A stretch of DNA of 64,000 bases, taken from assembly GCA_036867785.1 (NCBI GenBank), contig CP145409.1, positions 744,001 to 808,000 on the forward strand, given 5' to 3'. The notes beneath the pieces are model-generated. The model was not told where the DNA came from. It worked only from the letters and a program-made list of their open reading frames with translations, and did no database searches. This DNA comes from Plasmodiophora brassicae (Eukaryota). The stretch's first letter is position 1. Each line of letters starts with the position of its first letter. Shown piece after piece: positions 25,883-36,256 of this stretch. A program made the position numbers and the translations under genes.

Positions 25883-27235
25883 ATGCAACAGCAACAGCTC
25901 ATGATCGTCTGCGGCATCGTCCTGCTGGCGGCGGCGGCGACGACGTCGACGGCGACGCACGCGACCGGCAAGGCGACCGGCAAGGCGAAGGCGCTGATCT
26001 ACACCGACAGCGGCTGGACGTACAAGCCGGCGAACGCGACGAGCAACGCGACGCAGATCGAAGGGTCCATCCAGGCGCGCGACGGCGCCAAGCTCGTCGG
26101 CTTCAACCAGACCGCCATGCGCCTTCGCCCGGCGCTGGACACCACAGCGCCGCCATGCAACTCCACGATTCGTCAGCGTGGCGCGCGAGCGCCCTCCAAG
26201 ACTCTGATTCGTCAGCGTCAGGCGGCGCCGGCGCCGGCTGTGCCGATGGCCGACGAGATCCCGGTGGTCACCGGCACCGGCGAGGTCCTGCTCCTGTCCG
26301 GTTCGGTGGTCCCCGTCAGCGCGCTGGACGGCACCGTGATCCTGGCGTCGCGTGACGCGTTGCACGTCCCGTCGTCGCAGGACGAGCTGACGGCGGCGGC
26401 GACCAGCAGCGCCCAGGGCGTCACCGCAGCGATGGACGCGGCCGCGGCGGCCATCGAGAAGCAGAACGCGGCCGCCCAGGCCGGGTTCGCGCTCGGTGCT
26501 GTGAACGACGCGACGCCGACCAGGAAATCGATGACGGCGGCAGCGGGCCAGCAAGCGCCAACGCCGGCGGCAGCGGCCATGAAACGAACGCCGATGCGCC
26601 CCTACCAGCGCCAGCGCCCGGTCGGCAACGGCAACGTCGCCACGACCGTTCCCGGGCCGTCGAACAGCGAGACCGACGCGAACATGCCGGCGCCAGTGTA
26701 CGCCAACCGTGTCGTCGTCGGCACCGCCAGCACCCAGCGCCAGGCGAACGCCAACGCCGCTGTCCAGGGTCGCCCGCGGAAGGGCATGTTCGGCGAGCAG
26801 ACCGCCATGGAACAGCAGCGACAGGCGGAGGACCAGCAGACCGACGACATCCTGCTCGCCATGCTGCTCGGCGAGGTCCCGCTCCCTGGCGCAGACCAGG
26901 CGCAGGCGCACCAGGCCGGGCGCAAGCCCCAGCACGGCAAGAAGAAGAAGGGACACAAGGCGCGTCGTTCCCACAGGAACAAGAACAAATCGGGCAGCGG
27001 CCAGGCTGGCGCGTCGGGCGTCATGTTGTCGGCCACCGGCGAAGGCGCCAGCGTAAACAACACGACCGGGGCCGACGACGACCGGGCAAAGCCGATGAAC
27101 GCGAACACGGCGGAGACCGGGCACGCGACGAGTGCGCCATCCCAGAACGGGTACGCGACGTCGGCATCGCCCACCAACAACAATGGGTATGCGACGACGG
27201 CGCCCGCGTCTGGCAGCCGCGCCTACTCGAACTAA
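25883..27235 (+). CDS. Intronless predicted secreted Ala/Thr/Gln-rich protein
   Basis: MQQQQLMIVCGIVLLAAAATTS signal-like N-terminus, N-glycosylation sequons, basic patch KKKKGHKARRSHRNKNK, C-terminal G[HY]AT repeats. Confidence 0.8.
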   Translation: MQQQQLMIVCGIVLLAAAATTSTATHATGKATGKAKALIYTDSGWTYKPANATSNATQIEGSIQARDGAKLVGFNQTAMRLRPALDTTAPPCNSTIRQRGARAPSKTLIRQRQAAPAPAVPMADEIPVVTGTGEVLLLSGSVVPVSALDGTVILASRDALHVPSSQDELTAAATSSAQGVTAAMDAAAAAIEKQNAAAQAGFALGAVNDATPTRKSMTAAAGQQAPTPAAAAMKRTPMRPYQRQRPVGNGNVATTVPGPSNSETDANMPAPVYANRVVVGTASTQRQANANAAVQGRPRKGMFGEQTAMEQQRQAEDQQTDDILLAMLLGEVPLPGADQAQAHQAGRKPQHGKKKKGHKARRSHRNKNKSGSGQAGASGVMLSATGEGASVNNTTGADDDRAKPMNANTAETGHATSAPSQNGYATSASPTNNNGYATTAPASGSRAYSN

Positions 27236-27349
27236 GCGCCTACGCCCGCGATCTTTATCAGCATAAAACCGTAACGCGATACTCGACATGGGATTTGTTG
27301 TTTGTATATACGTCTGAAGGCCAGCCGCGTTCGAGATAGGTAGACCAGA

Positions 27350-27777
27350 TTATTTGGCGGGCTCGGCAGCAGGGGCGGCCTGCTTCTTACCGGAGCGCTG
27401 GCGCAGGACGGCCTTCACGATCTTCTGCTCCTCGATGAGGAACGCACGGATGATGCGCTGGCGAACGCAGGTGCCGCAACGGGAACCGCCGTACGCCCGG
27501 GACACTGTTCGCTGGCGCTTCGAGACCGACTTCATTTCGATGGGGCGCAGAGCAGGGATCCCGTTGATCTTCAGGCCACAGTCACCGCATTTCGGCCCGT
27601 TGGCACGCTTCTTGCGGTACTGGAGAACGTTCTTGCCACCAGGGGTCTTAACAACCTTGACCTGTACGATGCATCGTTAACATGGCACGTTTCTACGCGA
27701 GGCGAAATTGGGCGATATCAAACCTTGTTGGACTTGGTGTTGTACGAGTGCCGACGGCGGTACGTCAGACGCTGCAT
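27350..27777 (-). CDS. RPL34: 60S ribosomal protein L34
   Basis: [27 protein letters not shown]...[31 protein letters not shown]. Intron 27662-27723. Confidence 0.98.
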
Positions 27778-27885
27778 ATTGTAGAGAAGCTGCGGAAACG
27801 GGTTAGATTAGATGACGGGCGCCCGAGGAGACGACAAGACCCCTACCGCACGGACACCAGCGACCAGACAATTGCTCGATCGCGG

Positions 27886-27909
27886 CTCCGTCACGGACTT
27901 GGCCGCGGA
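27886..27909 (-). promoter_or_regulatory. Candidate ribosomal-protein promoter motif upstream of RPL34 (TCCGCGGCCAAGTCCGTGACGGAG)
   Basis: 22/24 identical to 29350-29373, in the same orientation relative to its gene, 108 nt before the ATG. Confidence 0.6.
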
Positions 27910-29349
27910 ACTCCGTGGAAACAGCATTAGGGCGCGGCACGTATATGTCGGTGCGCAGGCAGTGACGTTGACACGATGTATCCATTGTCTGGAGGGGACA
28001 GCGGAACAGGGCACGTTTCCCATCTCGTTGGCGGCCAGTTAGAGGGATCTTCGGCTCCCTGATTCCCGAGTAGCGAGCCGTTAGAACCCTCTTGCCGATA
28101 CAGCCACACTACGGACGAGGTAAACACCGTCGACTGCCGATCAGCCATGGCATCAAATTTACCATTTTAAGACAATTGCGGCACACACAATCACCTTCTC
28201 AGGAGTTCACCGATGAGTGCGAATATCAACACCATCGCGTCTGCAGCATAGTCTATTGGAATCGCGGTCTAACGCAGCGTGCAATACGAGCGTCCACCCT
28301 GCACCGTGGTCCTCATAGAACGCTCAGTGAGCAGCGAGAAGACCAAATTGTAATGCCGATTTCCGAGGAACCGAATGTGGGCATCGGTGTCGCAAAGTTC
28401 GGATCAGCCAGAGGTTCTACACGTACGCATCTCCTCGACCGATATTTCCTGCACGGAAAGGTTATATTGGTATGATCTGTTCATGGGTTGTACAATATTG
28501 AAACGCCTCACGACCACCATGCCTCGTGTTACTTAAATCCACATTAGGACTTGGTATTCTTGCTTATCGAACGTTGTACGATGATCACGGGACGCAGTTT
28601 GAACGTTTAATACATCAGGCTGCGATCCCAACTAGGCGACTCTTCGTCGCGATGACTGAATTTGCCCCATCCTCCATCGGCGAACCTATTGCAATAGACC
28701 CCTGCTGCTTCTCAACGGTAACTGGCTTAATGTAGGTACATCGCCTTGGGCTGAATCAGTTAGGTTACTTGAGGAACGGGTCACGAGGTTGGAGACAGAA
28801 CGGTGGGGTGGATCATCCTCGACGGTGCAGCTGGTTGCCATATGGCCAACGACCAGGCTGGCCGCGTTGCGCCCCAATGCTAATTAGCGATCTGCTCTCC
28901 AAGCGTTCTGCGTGGATCTGTTACAAACCGAATCACACATACCAGCATGGTGGAATGCCGCGGATTAGGAATAGAACGCCAAGCTCCCGCGGCCCGTCTC
29001 CGATAACAATTGCCAGCCCCATGTAGGTATTTGCTAATATAGTGACTCTATACACACAAACCGCGACCCCTTGCAAACGGGTGTCAGCGAAGATTCATCA
29101 ACTAGAGGAACACGAACCAGTAGCATAGGGAACGACCCATCAATACCGACTCGTTCAGGTTGTTCCTGCTGGAGATGCTCGAACTGGAAGTGGCGCCCCA
29201 GAAGACGTACTTGTGTCGAAGTTTCAACCTCGACAGCACCCAACGATACGAGGGCAAGGCCCGAGTCTTCTGAATCGTTCGTTGTCTGTCATGCAGACCA
29301 GTGTTGCTGCACGCAACAAGATTAGGGCGCCTCCGTATAGTGGAACGTG

Positions 29350-29373
29350 TCCGCGGGTAAGTCCGTGACGGAG
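29350..29373 (+). promoter_or_regulatory. Candidate ribosomal-protein promoter motif upstream of RPLP2 (TCCGCGGGTAAGTCCGTGACGGAG)
   Basis: 22/24 identical to the reverse complement of 27886-27909, 82 nt before the ATG. Confidence 0.6.
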
Positions 29374-29455
29374 TCGAGCGCACGCTGCTCCAATCTCTTT
29401 GTGCATCGCGTTCCGGCGGTTTAAACTACTCTGAGATCACCCACCCCCATCCGAT

Positions 29456-29846
29456 ATGAAGCACGTCGCTGCGTACCTGATGGCTGTCCTCGGCGGCAAC
29501 GCGTCGCCGACCGAGGCGGATGTCAAGAAGATCTTGGCGGCCGGCGGCATTGAGGCGGACGCCAACCAGCTCAAGCTGCTGCTCGCGCAGGTCCAGGGCA
29601 AGGACATCGGTGAGCTCATCGCTGCCGGCAAGTCCAAGCTGTCCGCCGTCCCGACCGGCGGCGCCGGTGCAGCCGCTGGTGCTGGTGCCGGCGCAGGTGC
29701 CGGCGCCAAAGCCGAAGCCGCTCCTGAACCGGAGGAGGAGAGCGAGGAAGAGGAGGAAGAGGAAGGTATCCTCCAAACCGTTAACGCCCATCCCTCTGCA
29801 ATTACTCTAACTCACCCCGGCGCTAGGCTTCTCTCTCTTCGACTAA
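29456..29846 (+). CDS. RPLP2: 60S acidic ribosomal protein P2
   Basis: MKHVAAYLMAVLGGN...GKDIGELIAAGKSKL, Ala/Gly hinge, acidic tail. Intron 29766-29826 restores the GFSLFD terminus. Confidence 0.98.
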
Positions 29847-29912
29847 GTGTGTGCACGTTGATAACAATAAATCGTTGGAGTCATGGATGTCACCCGCATA
29901 TCCGCCTTGCGT

Positions 29913-30146
29913 TTATCGCGTTATGAATGCGACGACGAGAACGGCCGTGACAGTAGGCATGCACCAGTTGATCGGGTGCATGGCATCGATTGTCGGGGCC
30001 GGCACCAGGTCACTGGTTTTGTCGCGATGCTCAGCGACCCGGCGCTCGACTGTTGCGGACCGGGACCTGGCATAGTACTCATCGTTGTCCATGGCCAGGT
30101 ACCTGGTCAATCGCATCAAACCCTGCAGCGCCATCATTGCCACCAT
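29913..30146 (-). CDS. Possible small protein with hydrophobic C-terminus
   Basis: 77-aa ORF filling the gap between RPLP2 and the DnaJ gene. No recognisable motif. Confidence 0.25.
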   Translation of the reverse strand: MVAMMALQGLMRLTRYLAMDNDEYYARSRSATVERRVAEHRDKTSDLVPAPTIDAMHPINWCMPTVTAVLVVAFITR

Positions 30147-30303
30147 TGTGTTCGCCTCGTAACTTGTTGCTGTTCTAATTCGAGTGTGCTGCTGGGCATG
30201 GCGGATGCCACTCCCTCCCTTCCGTCTGCCGATCGTGAGATGGGTTGACCCGACGCGGCCCAGATATTATCGCCATCGTAATAATATCGGAGGGCGGCGT
30301 CGA

Positions 30304-32297
30304 ATGGCGTTGCCGTCTTCGAACTTTCGGTTCGAGTTGGGCGCCGTTGGGTACTTCAGCCGGCTGGGGTTGGAGTATGGCGCCCCGGCGAGCTCCATTG
30401 CGAAGGCGTATCGACGGGCGGCTCTGGCCGCTCACCCAGACCACGCGGCCGCCGATGTGCCAGATGACGGCAGGGCGTCCGATGTCTTCCAGGAATTGCA
30501 GACGGCGCGCGCCATCTTATCCGATGAAGATTGCCGAGCGGGATACGAGCGCATCCTGTTGCTGAGAACGTTATTGCATCAACGCGATGATGCCCATGCC
30601 GAGATCGACCCGTGGTTGGCGTACTCGCTGGTGAAGATCAACAGGAAACAGAAACGCCAGGTCCGGATCGTGACGTTCGACTTCGTCACCAGGACGGTCT
30701 CGAACTGGAACAAGGATGTCATTCGGAAGACGTTCCATTTCGAGCAGATCACGGGTTAGGGCGTCGATCCAGACCCGCTTCTGGACTAACGCGTTCGTAG
30801 ATGTCGCCGAGATCGGCACGACCAAGTTCCAGATGACGGTGCGTGTGGCAGGCACCGATGAGGAACGCGAGTACCTGTACGAGTCGCAGACACCTCGGAC
30901 GAATGCCGCTGTCTGCCGAATCCTTCGCGGCATCCGAAACGGTGATCCTGATTGGACGGCGCATCGCCAAATGGTTCTGACGGGCCGCTCCAGACGACCT
31001 GATCATAAGCCGGGACGATCGCGTCGTCCCTGAGAGGAGTTACCTGAAAGGGCCGGTTGCAAAGAAGAAGGTCCAGGAGAGCACTCATTGTAATGGCGTA
31101 GCGTTTGCTGACGTTACGCGTGCGACGCAGAAGACGGCGCAGGGGCCATCCCTTCGAACGACCTGGGTGACGCGTTCGGTTATGATTGGTGCCAGCAACA
31201 TTCTCGTGTTCAGGGACGCCCAGTTCAAGTCGCTGGTGCAATGTATAGCGCATCGCGACCTGCAGGTGCCGCCTGCCCCTGTCGAGGGTGCCCAGGCCCA
31301 GGCCCTCACACTACGTTGGGACAAGACGAGGTGTGACACCCCTGCCAGCGGTACGTTGCCTGAACAATACGCCTGACATGTCCTGCAGTGGCCCGGGCTC
31401 CAAAGACCCAGCGATCACAATGCGGTTCGATACCGTCGATAAGTACCTGACGTGGTTGGAAATCATTCGACGTGTTGTGGTGCGCGCCCATTCCGCAACG
31501 CCACCCAGGTCGTGGTAAACTGACATCGGCGGCCCGTTATCTGCTGACGTACTCTGTTTGCAGGCCCGGTGACCTGTTGCTGTCCCCGATTCGCAACGCG
31601 AAATCGGACCCATGGTCGGGCCCAGAACCGTTGAGGATTGAGTATGCGGTCCATCCGCTACCAGAGGCCAACGGCGCCGCCAGCAGCAACGCGAACGACA
31701 GCGCTGTCGACGCTGTTGTTGTGGCTGCGTTGTCAGATGAAGACAGTTCGGTGTCGGAGGCATCATCCAATGGGCACGCGCACGGCGACGACGACGAGAT
31801 CTCAAGCAATACCGATACCCGAAGCCACACGAACGATAACACGGGCCTGGAAAGAAACACCAACGGCGGCATCGCATATCAGGGTAGGTCCCAGGGCTGT
31901 GCGCTGCCGTTGTCACAACAGCGGGCTTACATGAGTACCACCAGCTCGACGAGTGCCGCCGAGTCGCGTGAAGTCCAATGACCCAGCTCCAGTGGTACGC
32001 GACGAGGCTGTGAGAGGCGTGCCCCCGGTCCGGATCCGGTCGGAACCTGCCGTGACGTTAACAACCCGGCCTGATCCGAACGGCGACGAGAACCCGACGC
32101 TGATTCTGCAACTGGTGACGGTTCGCGAAGAGATCAACAACCTCCGCCGTCGTCTACATCTGCTACAGAAGCACGAGAAAGAATTGATGGTCGAACGAGA
32201 ACGACAGTCCGGCCTGGCGCAGCATCGTACCGGGTTCCTATCCGACATCGCGTCTAAGATGAAGTCTCTGTTCTCCAACCAGTCAACGTATCTGTAA
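30304..32297 (+). CDS. J-domain (DnaJ) protein with PH-like domains and C-terminal coiled coil
   Basis: IAKAYRRAALAAHPDH...FQELQTARAILSD (HPD motif); YSLVKINRKQKRQVRIVTFD (PH-like); second PH-like exon set (TWVTRSVMIG...KYLTWLEII); LVTVREEINNLRRRL. Confidence 0.8.
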
Positions 32298-32604
32298 TGA
32301 ACACACGCCATTGTATCCATTGTCGGGCTATACGGACGCAGCGAGCCAGATGAGCAACCTTTTCAGCGGGGCGAGGTACAGATGGAACGGCTGCAGGGCG
32401 GCCCCCTCAGCGAAGGATTTCGAAACGACACCTTGATTGCAGGGCGTGCACCTGGGCTCAAGCAGCATGCTGAGGCGCTGGAACCAGAGCGGTAGGACCA
32501 GTACGGTATTCCTGGTTGTTGACGCTTCGTCTGGGGCATGGGCCGCATGCCAGATTGTCGATAGTGTCAAAGTTTCGGTGTCTGTTGGCTGGGCTCCCGA
32601 TAAT

Positions 32605-33061
32605 CAAAAGTTGGTTCGACGGCCCTTCCAAGCGTCTGGATAGTCCTTGAGCTGTCGTCCTGCTCTTGCCAGTTTGCGCTTCACATCCGCAATCTGGGCA
32701 GAGTTTGCAACACAGAACGTTTCCCTCAGGTCTGTCGCAAATGAGAACGCAAGCGCGCCGAAATCTTGTTCACCCGATCCTAGCCACGGAAAGCAAACAT
32801 TGTACATCGCACAGCGTGTCCATAACCGAAAGTTGAGCCAAGACGCGGCTTCGCTGCGTATTGGCTCATTATTAATGGACTAACTGGACTGCGATATAGA
32901 ATGTTTGTCTCCGTGGCTAGGTTTGGGTAAACAAGAATTGGGCGCGCCTAATTTCTCGTTTGCGACAGACCCGAGGGAAGCATTCCTGTGTGAAGCGCAA
33001 ACTGGCAAGATCAGGATGGCAGCTCACCGAACGCTTGGAAAGAGCGTCGCACCAACTTTTG
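32605..33061. repeat. Imperfect inverted repeat (arms about 32605-32811 and 32890-33061)
   Basis: The reverse complement of the left arm (gcgatgtacaatgtttgctttccgtggctagg...tttgcgacagacc...gtgaagcgcaaactggcaaga...acgcttggaa...accaacttttg) aligns with the right arm, with indels. Confidence 0.85.
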
Positions 33062-33259
33062 GACACCCAACATTTGCCCAGATAGACTTGACTATCTCCA
33101 GCAGTAGATTCAGCAACAGTGTTGTCACAATAAACATAGGGATTCTGGAGTCATGGGCAAGATCACTTGGAGGTTACGTTGCGCATCGGTGGAGACAGCG
33201 TCAAGGGCTATACAGAGGCAGGACCGGTTACTCTGCACTGGTGTGTATAGTGTAAATGG

Positions 33260-34658
33260 TCATAGGGGCAGCTGTTTGCTGGCTCGCGTTGCCGGCGGTT
33301 TGACCAGGGCGGGTGCCTCGTCGACAATCGCCATGAAGTCGATCATGTAATTGCCGATCACGTCCAGCATCAACTGGAACACGTGTCATCGACGTATGCA
33401 TTCAGTCATCAACCGCAGCTGCACCTTTGTTTCCTCGACGTTCTCCGGATTGTCGCTGTCGTTGTCGGTGGTTTCAGCTGGCGCCGACTTTGGTGGTTCA
33501 TTACCGTCAGCCGTCGCCGTCAATTGTTTCAGCTGCTCGGAATGGTTCAACGACCCACATTGTCGAACACAGCGCTTGGACAGAAATCGTATCAGAGTTT
33601 CAGCAATTCGGTTTCAAGGCGACGCCCATACTTGGTATAGGTTGTTCACCGCCATAATGACCACGCTAATCTCTCGCGAGCGTTCCGCTTTGGCTCGTCT
33701 CCGCTTGTCTTCCTCGCTCTCGCGAAGCGCAGATGTGGACTCGGCCCTGTTCAGAACTCGTTACGAGATGGGGTTGACACTGGGCACCGTTTGCATGGCC
33801 TACTGTTCCAGTTGGGATTGCAGCTGGGCAATCTTGTTGTTTAGGTTGAGGTTCATGGTGATCTGCTCCTTGGTGTAGGAGCTGAATTCGTTCCTCAGCG
33901 TTTCGTTTCTGCTGATCATTGTGTTTTGCCTCTCCATCAGATCTGCCGACCGGGGCAGCAGGTCAGCCCTCGGTGCCAGTCAGTCGTGGCATGGCCGCAC
34001 ACCTTTGTAGGCCATCTCCAGAGCCTGTGATCGACTTAGGATGGATTCCAGTTCGGGCCATTCACTTAGGTTCTCATCTTGGACGCGCGTCAGGAACGCC
34101 TGGTATTGCTCGTGCTGCCGAACCTATATCGAGAGTCAGCAACCTGACAATGCGGGTTCCGCCCACGCCAGCGGACCTGCTTCTTGAGCTGACGGCACTG
34201 TATCTGGATGGTCTTGAGAAATTGCTGTCTACTGGCAATCTCCTTCTCTCGCATCTGCCGCTGTCGTCGTTCCTCCTGTGCCATCCGATCATACTTCATC
34301 CGTTTGTCGTATTTGTCCTATAGCAGGGCATTAAAGACATTCATCGTCGAGAGACAACGGATGCCAACCGCACCTTCAAGAACTTGTTGAATTGCACGAG
34401 AGATTCCTGTAGTTCGAGATCCTTCTTTCGCAACATGTCTTCTCGCCTCTTGTACGCTTCAGCCTGTAGACAGGCGAGCGTTCATAACGCAACGTGACTT
34501 AATCGGGGCGGGTGCACCTTTCGGGCATATTCCTCTTTTTGAGCGTCTAGTGCAATCTGGACCTCGTGCATCTGGCGTTGCTTCTCGAGGAGAAGTGTGG
34601 CGGGCGAAACATGGTCCAGCGTCAACTGAGCAGGCAAGTCCTTACCGTCGTCTGGCAT
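33260..34658 (-). CDS. CFAP73: CFAP73/CCDC42-like coiled-coil ciliary protein (DUF4200)
   Basis: Spliced MPDDGKDLPAQLTLDHVSPATLLLEKQRQMHEVQIALDAQKEEYARK|AEAYKRREDMLRKKDLELQESLVQFNKFLK; C-terminal QLMLDVIGNYMIDF. Confidence 0.8.
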
Positions 34659-34876
34659 GGCTGATGGGTTGTTCCGATGTGGACTGTATGCGCCCCGTTG
34701 TGACTACGACCCACTCGGCGGTGACCACCAGCGTCAGTGCCAATCGCCTGGGTACACCGTATCGATCCAATCCCTGTATCCGTTGCTAATCTCGATATGT
34801 GCTGGAAATTAACCTGGGCCGGGGCTGATGGAAAGATGCCACAAATGCATTGGTAATGCAGAAATGGGGAACCGGT

Positions 34877-35922
34877 TTATTGCGAGACGAGGTTTTCGAT
34901 CAGGTCCTTGAGTGGCTCCTGCTCCTTCTTGTCTATCAGGTTGAATTCGCGAACGAAGAACATGAAGCTGGGAGGCAGTCAAATACACGGACACGTTTGT
35001 GATCGATGGACGATACTGTTTGAAGCAGGTGTTGAGGTGCGCCTCGGCACCAAGCGCCTGCATCTTGGTGAAATGCTCATGGTACAGGTGAGCGTACACC
35101 CGGAACAATCGTTTGAACAGCGTCGGAATGATCTGGGTCTGGAAATTCTGCCGGACGACCAGAATCAGACTGGCTAGGCGGACATAAACGAGAAACATCG
35201 TTGGCTCACCTTCGGAAAGGGAGCACCAATCTGTAGTGGAAAGATATGCTCGTCGTTGAGTTGAGATTCCACCCAGGACATCAAATGGTCAACGTATTCC
35301 GGAGCAGAGCACTGCCGTTGACCACCGTGTTAAAACCAAATCGAGTGCGATACCTGACAAAAAGCATATGACCTTGATCGGTTTCTTGATTTTGACGCCA
35401 TCGGCCCACAGGTACTGGAACGCGTCGCCCGCGCTCATAGCTGGGCAGGATTCCGCGGTGCAGAACTCTGCAATGGTTCCGTACAGTAACGAGATCTGTG
35501 GCAGATTAGGGTCCTGGACACATATCCACCACTGTGGAATCGGTCACCTCACTGCAACAAAGGAATGGATTAGGTTCAACTCTTATAGATTGCAACCGCC
35601 AACCCGGACGTACTTGTAGAAATCGACAGTGTTAACGGCGAGCCATTCATTCATGTCCTGCAGCCATCGATTAACTCTAGGAACCCGAAGGAGCATTTTG
35701 TGTGGCGAAACCGACCTCGCCTTTAGGAAGCTTCACTGCCATGGCCATATCACCGGATCCGAGAGTGGCTTGCGCCTTCAGGTGCATCTCATCGCGCTTG
35801 CTGCCTTTCTCGTGGCTCTTCGTCGGTTTGAACGTCTTTTGTCCCATGCCACTGCTCCAGAGCAGTGCTTAGCGGGCATCGCGACGCGAGCAGGGCAACC
35901 GGGCTTACAAGATCCCCTTCAT
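34877..35922 (-). CDS. MOB1: MOB kinase activator 1
   Basis: KTFKP...ATLGSGD...[30 protein letters not shown]...CPAMSAG..YLWADG...FKRLFRVYAHLYHEHF...EAHLNTCFK. Includes a 4-nt exon at 35548-35551. Confidence 0.97.
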
Positions 35923-36256
35923 GGCTACAGAAGTCCAAATCGCAGAGTGAGACTAAAAGCGGAGACGGTCAAACTGATCCCCACGAAGGGAGGTTGCGCG
36001 GGCCAGCGCTGCCCACAGCGACTCAGCAGGCGAGTGTCGAGCAGCCCGTCGGCTACTCAATGACTATATCCGAGGCGAACGTTTTGAACAGCAACCGCAT
36101 TCGAACATTCGAACTTGTTCAGTGAGACCTGGGTTTTCAAATAGCAATAAACGCATTTGATCTATTCGGCAACAGCGAGACGCGTATGGTGCTCAGGAGA
36201 CCCATTTCTCTGGCCATGGTAGGCACGTTTCCCGCGCTGAACGCCCACGTGGTCTC

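Noticed and set aside
25820-27289. 489-aa antisense ORF (also 20883..21866, 24657..25547, 23129..24004)
   Set aside because: These are shadows of high-GC3 genes on the opposite strand; the poly-L, poly-C and Arg-rich content mirrors sense codons.
28000-29300. Transposase inside the RPL34-RPLP2 interval
   Set aside because: Only short ORFs with no recognisable DDE or other motif; left unassigned.
29766-29926. C-terminally extended P2 protein
   Set aside because: Intron read-through; splicing gives the canonical GFSLFD stop.
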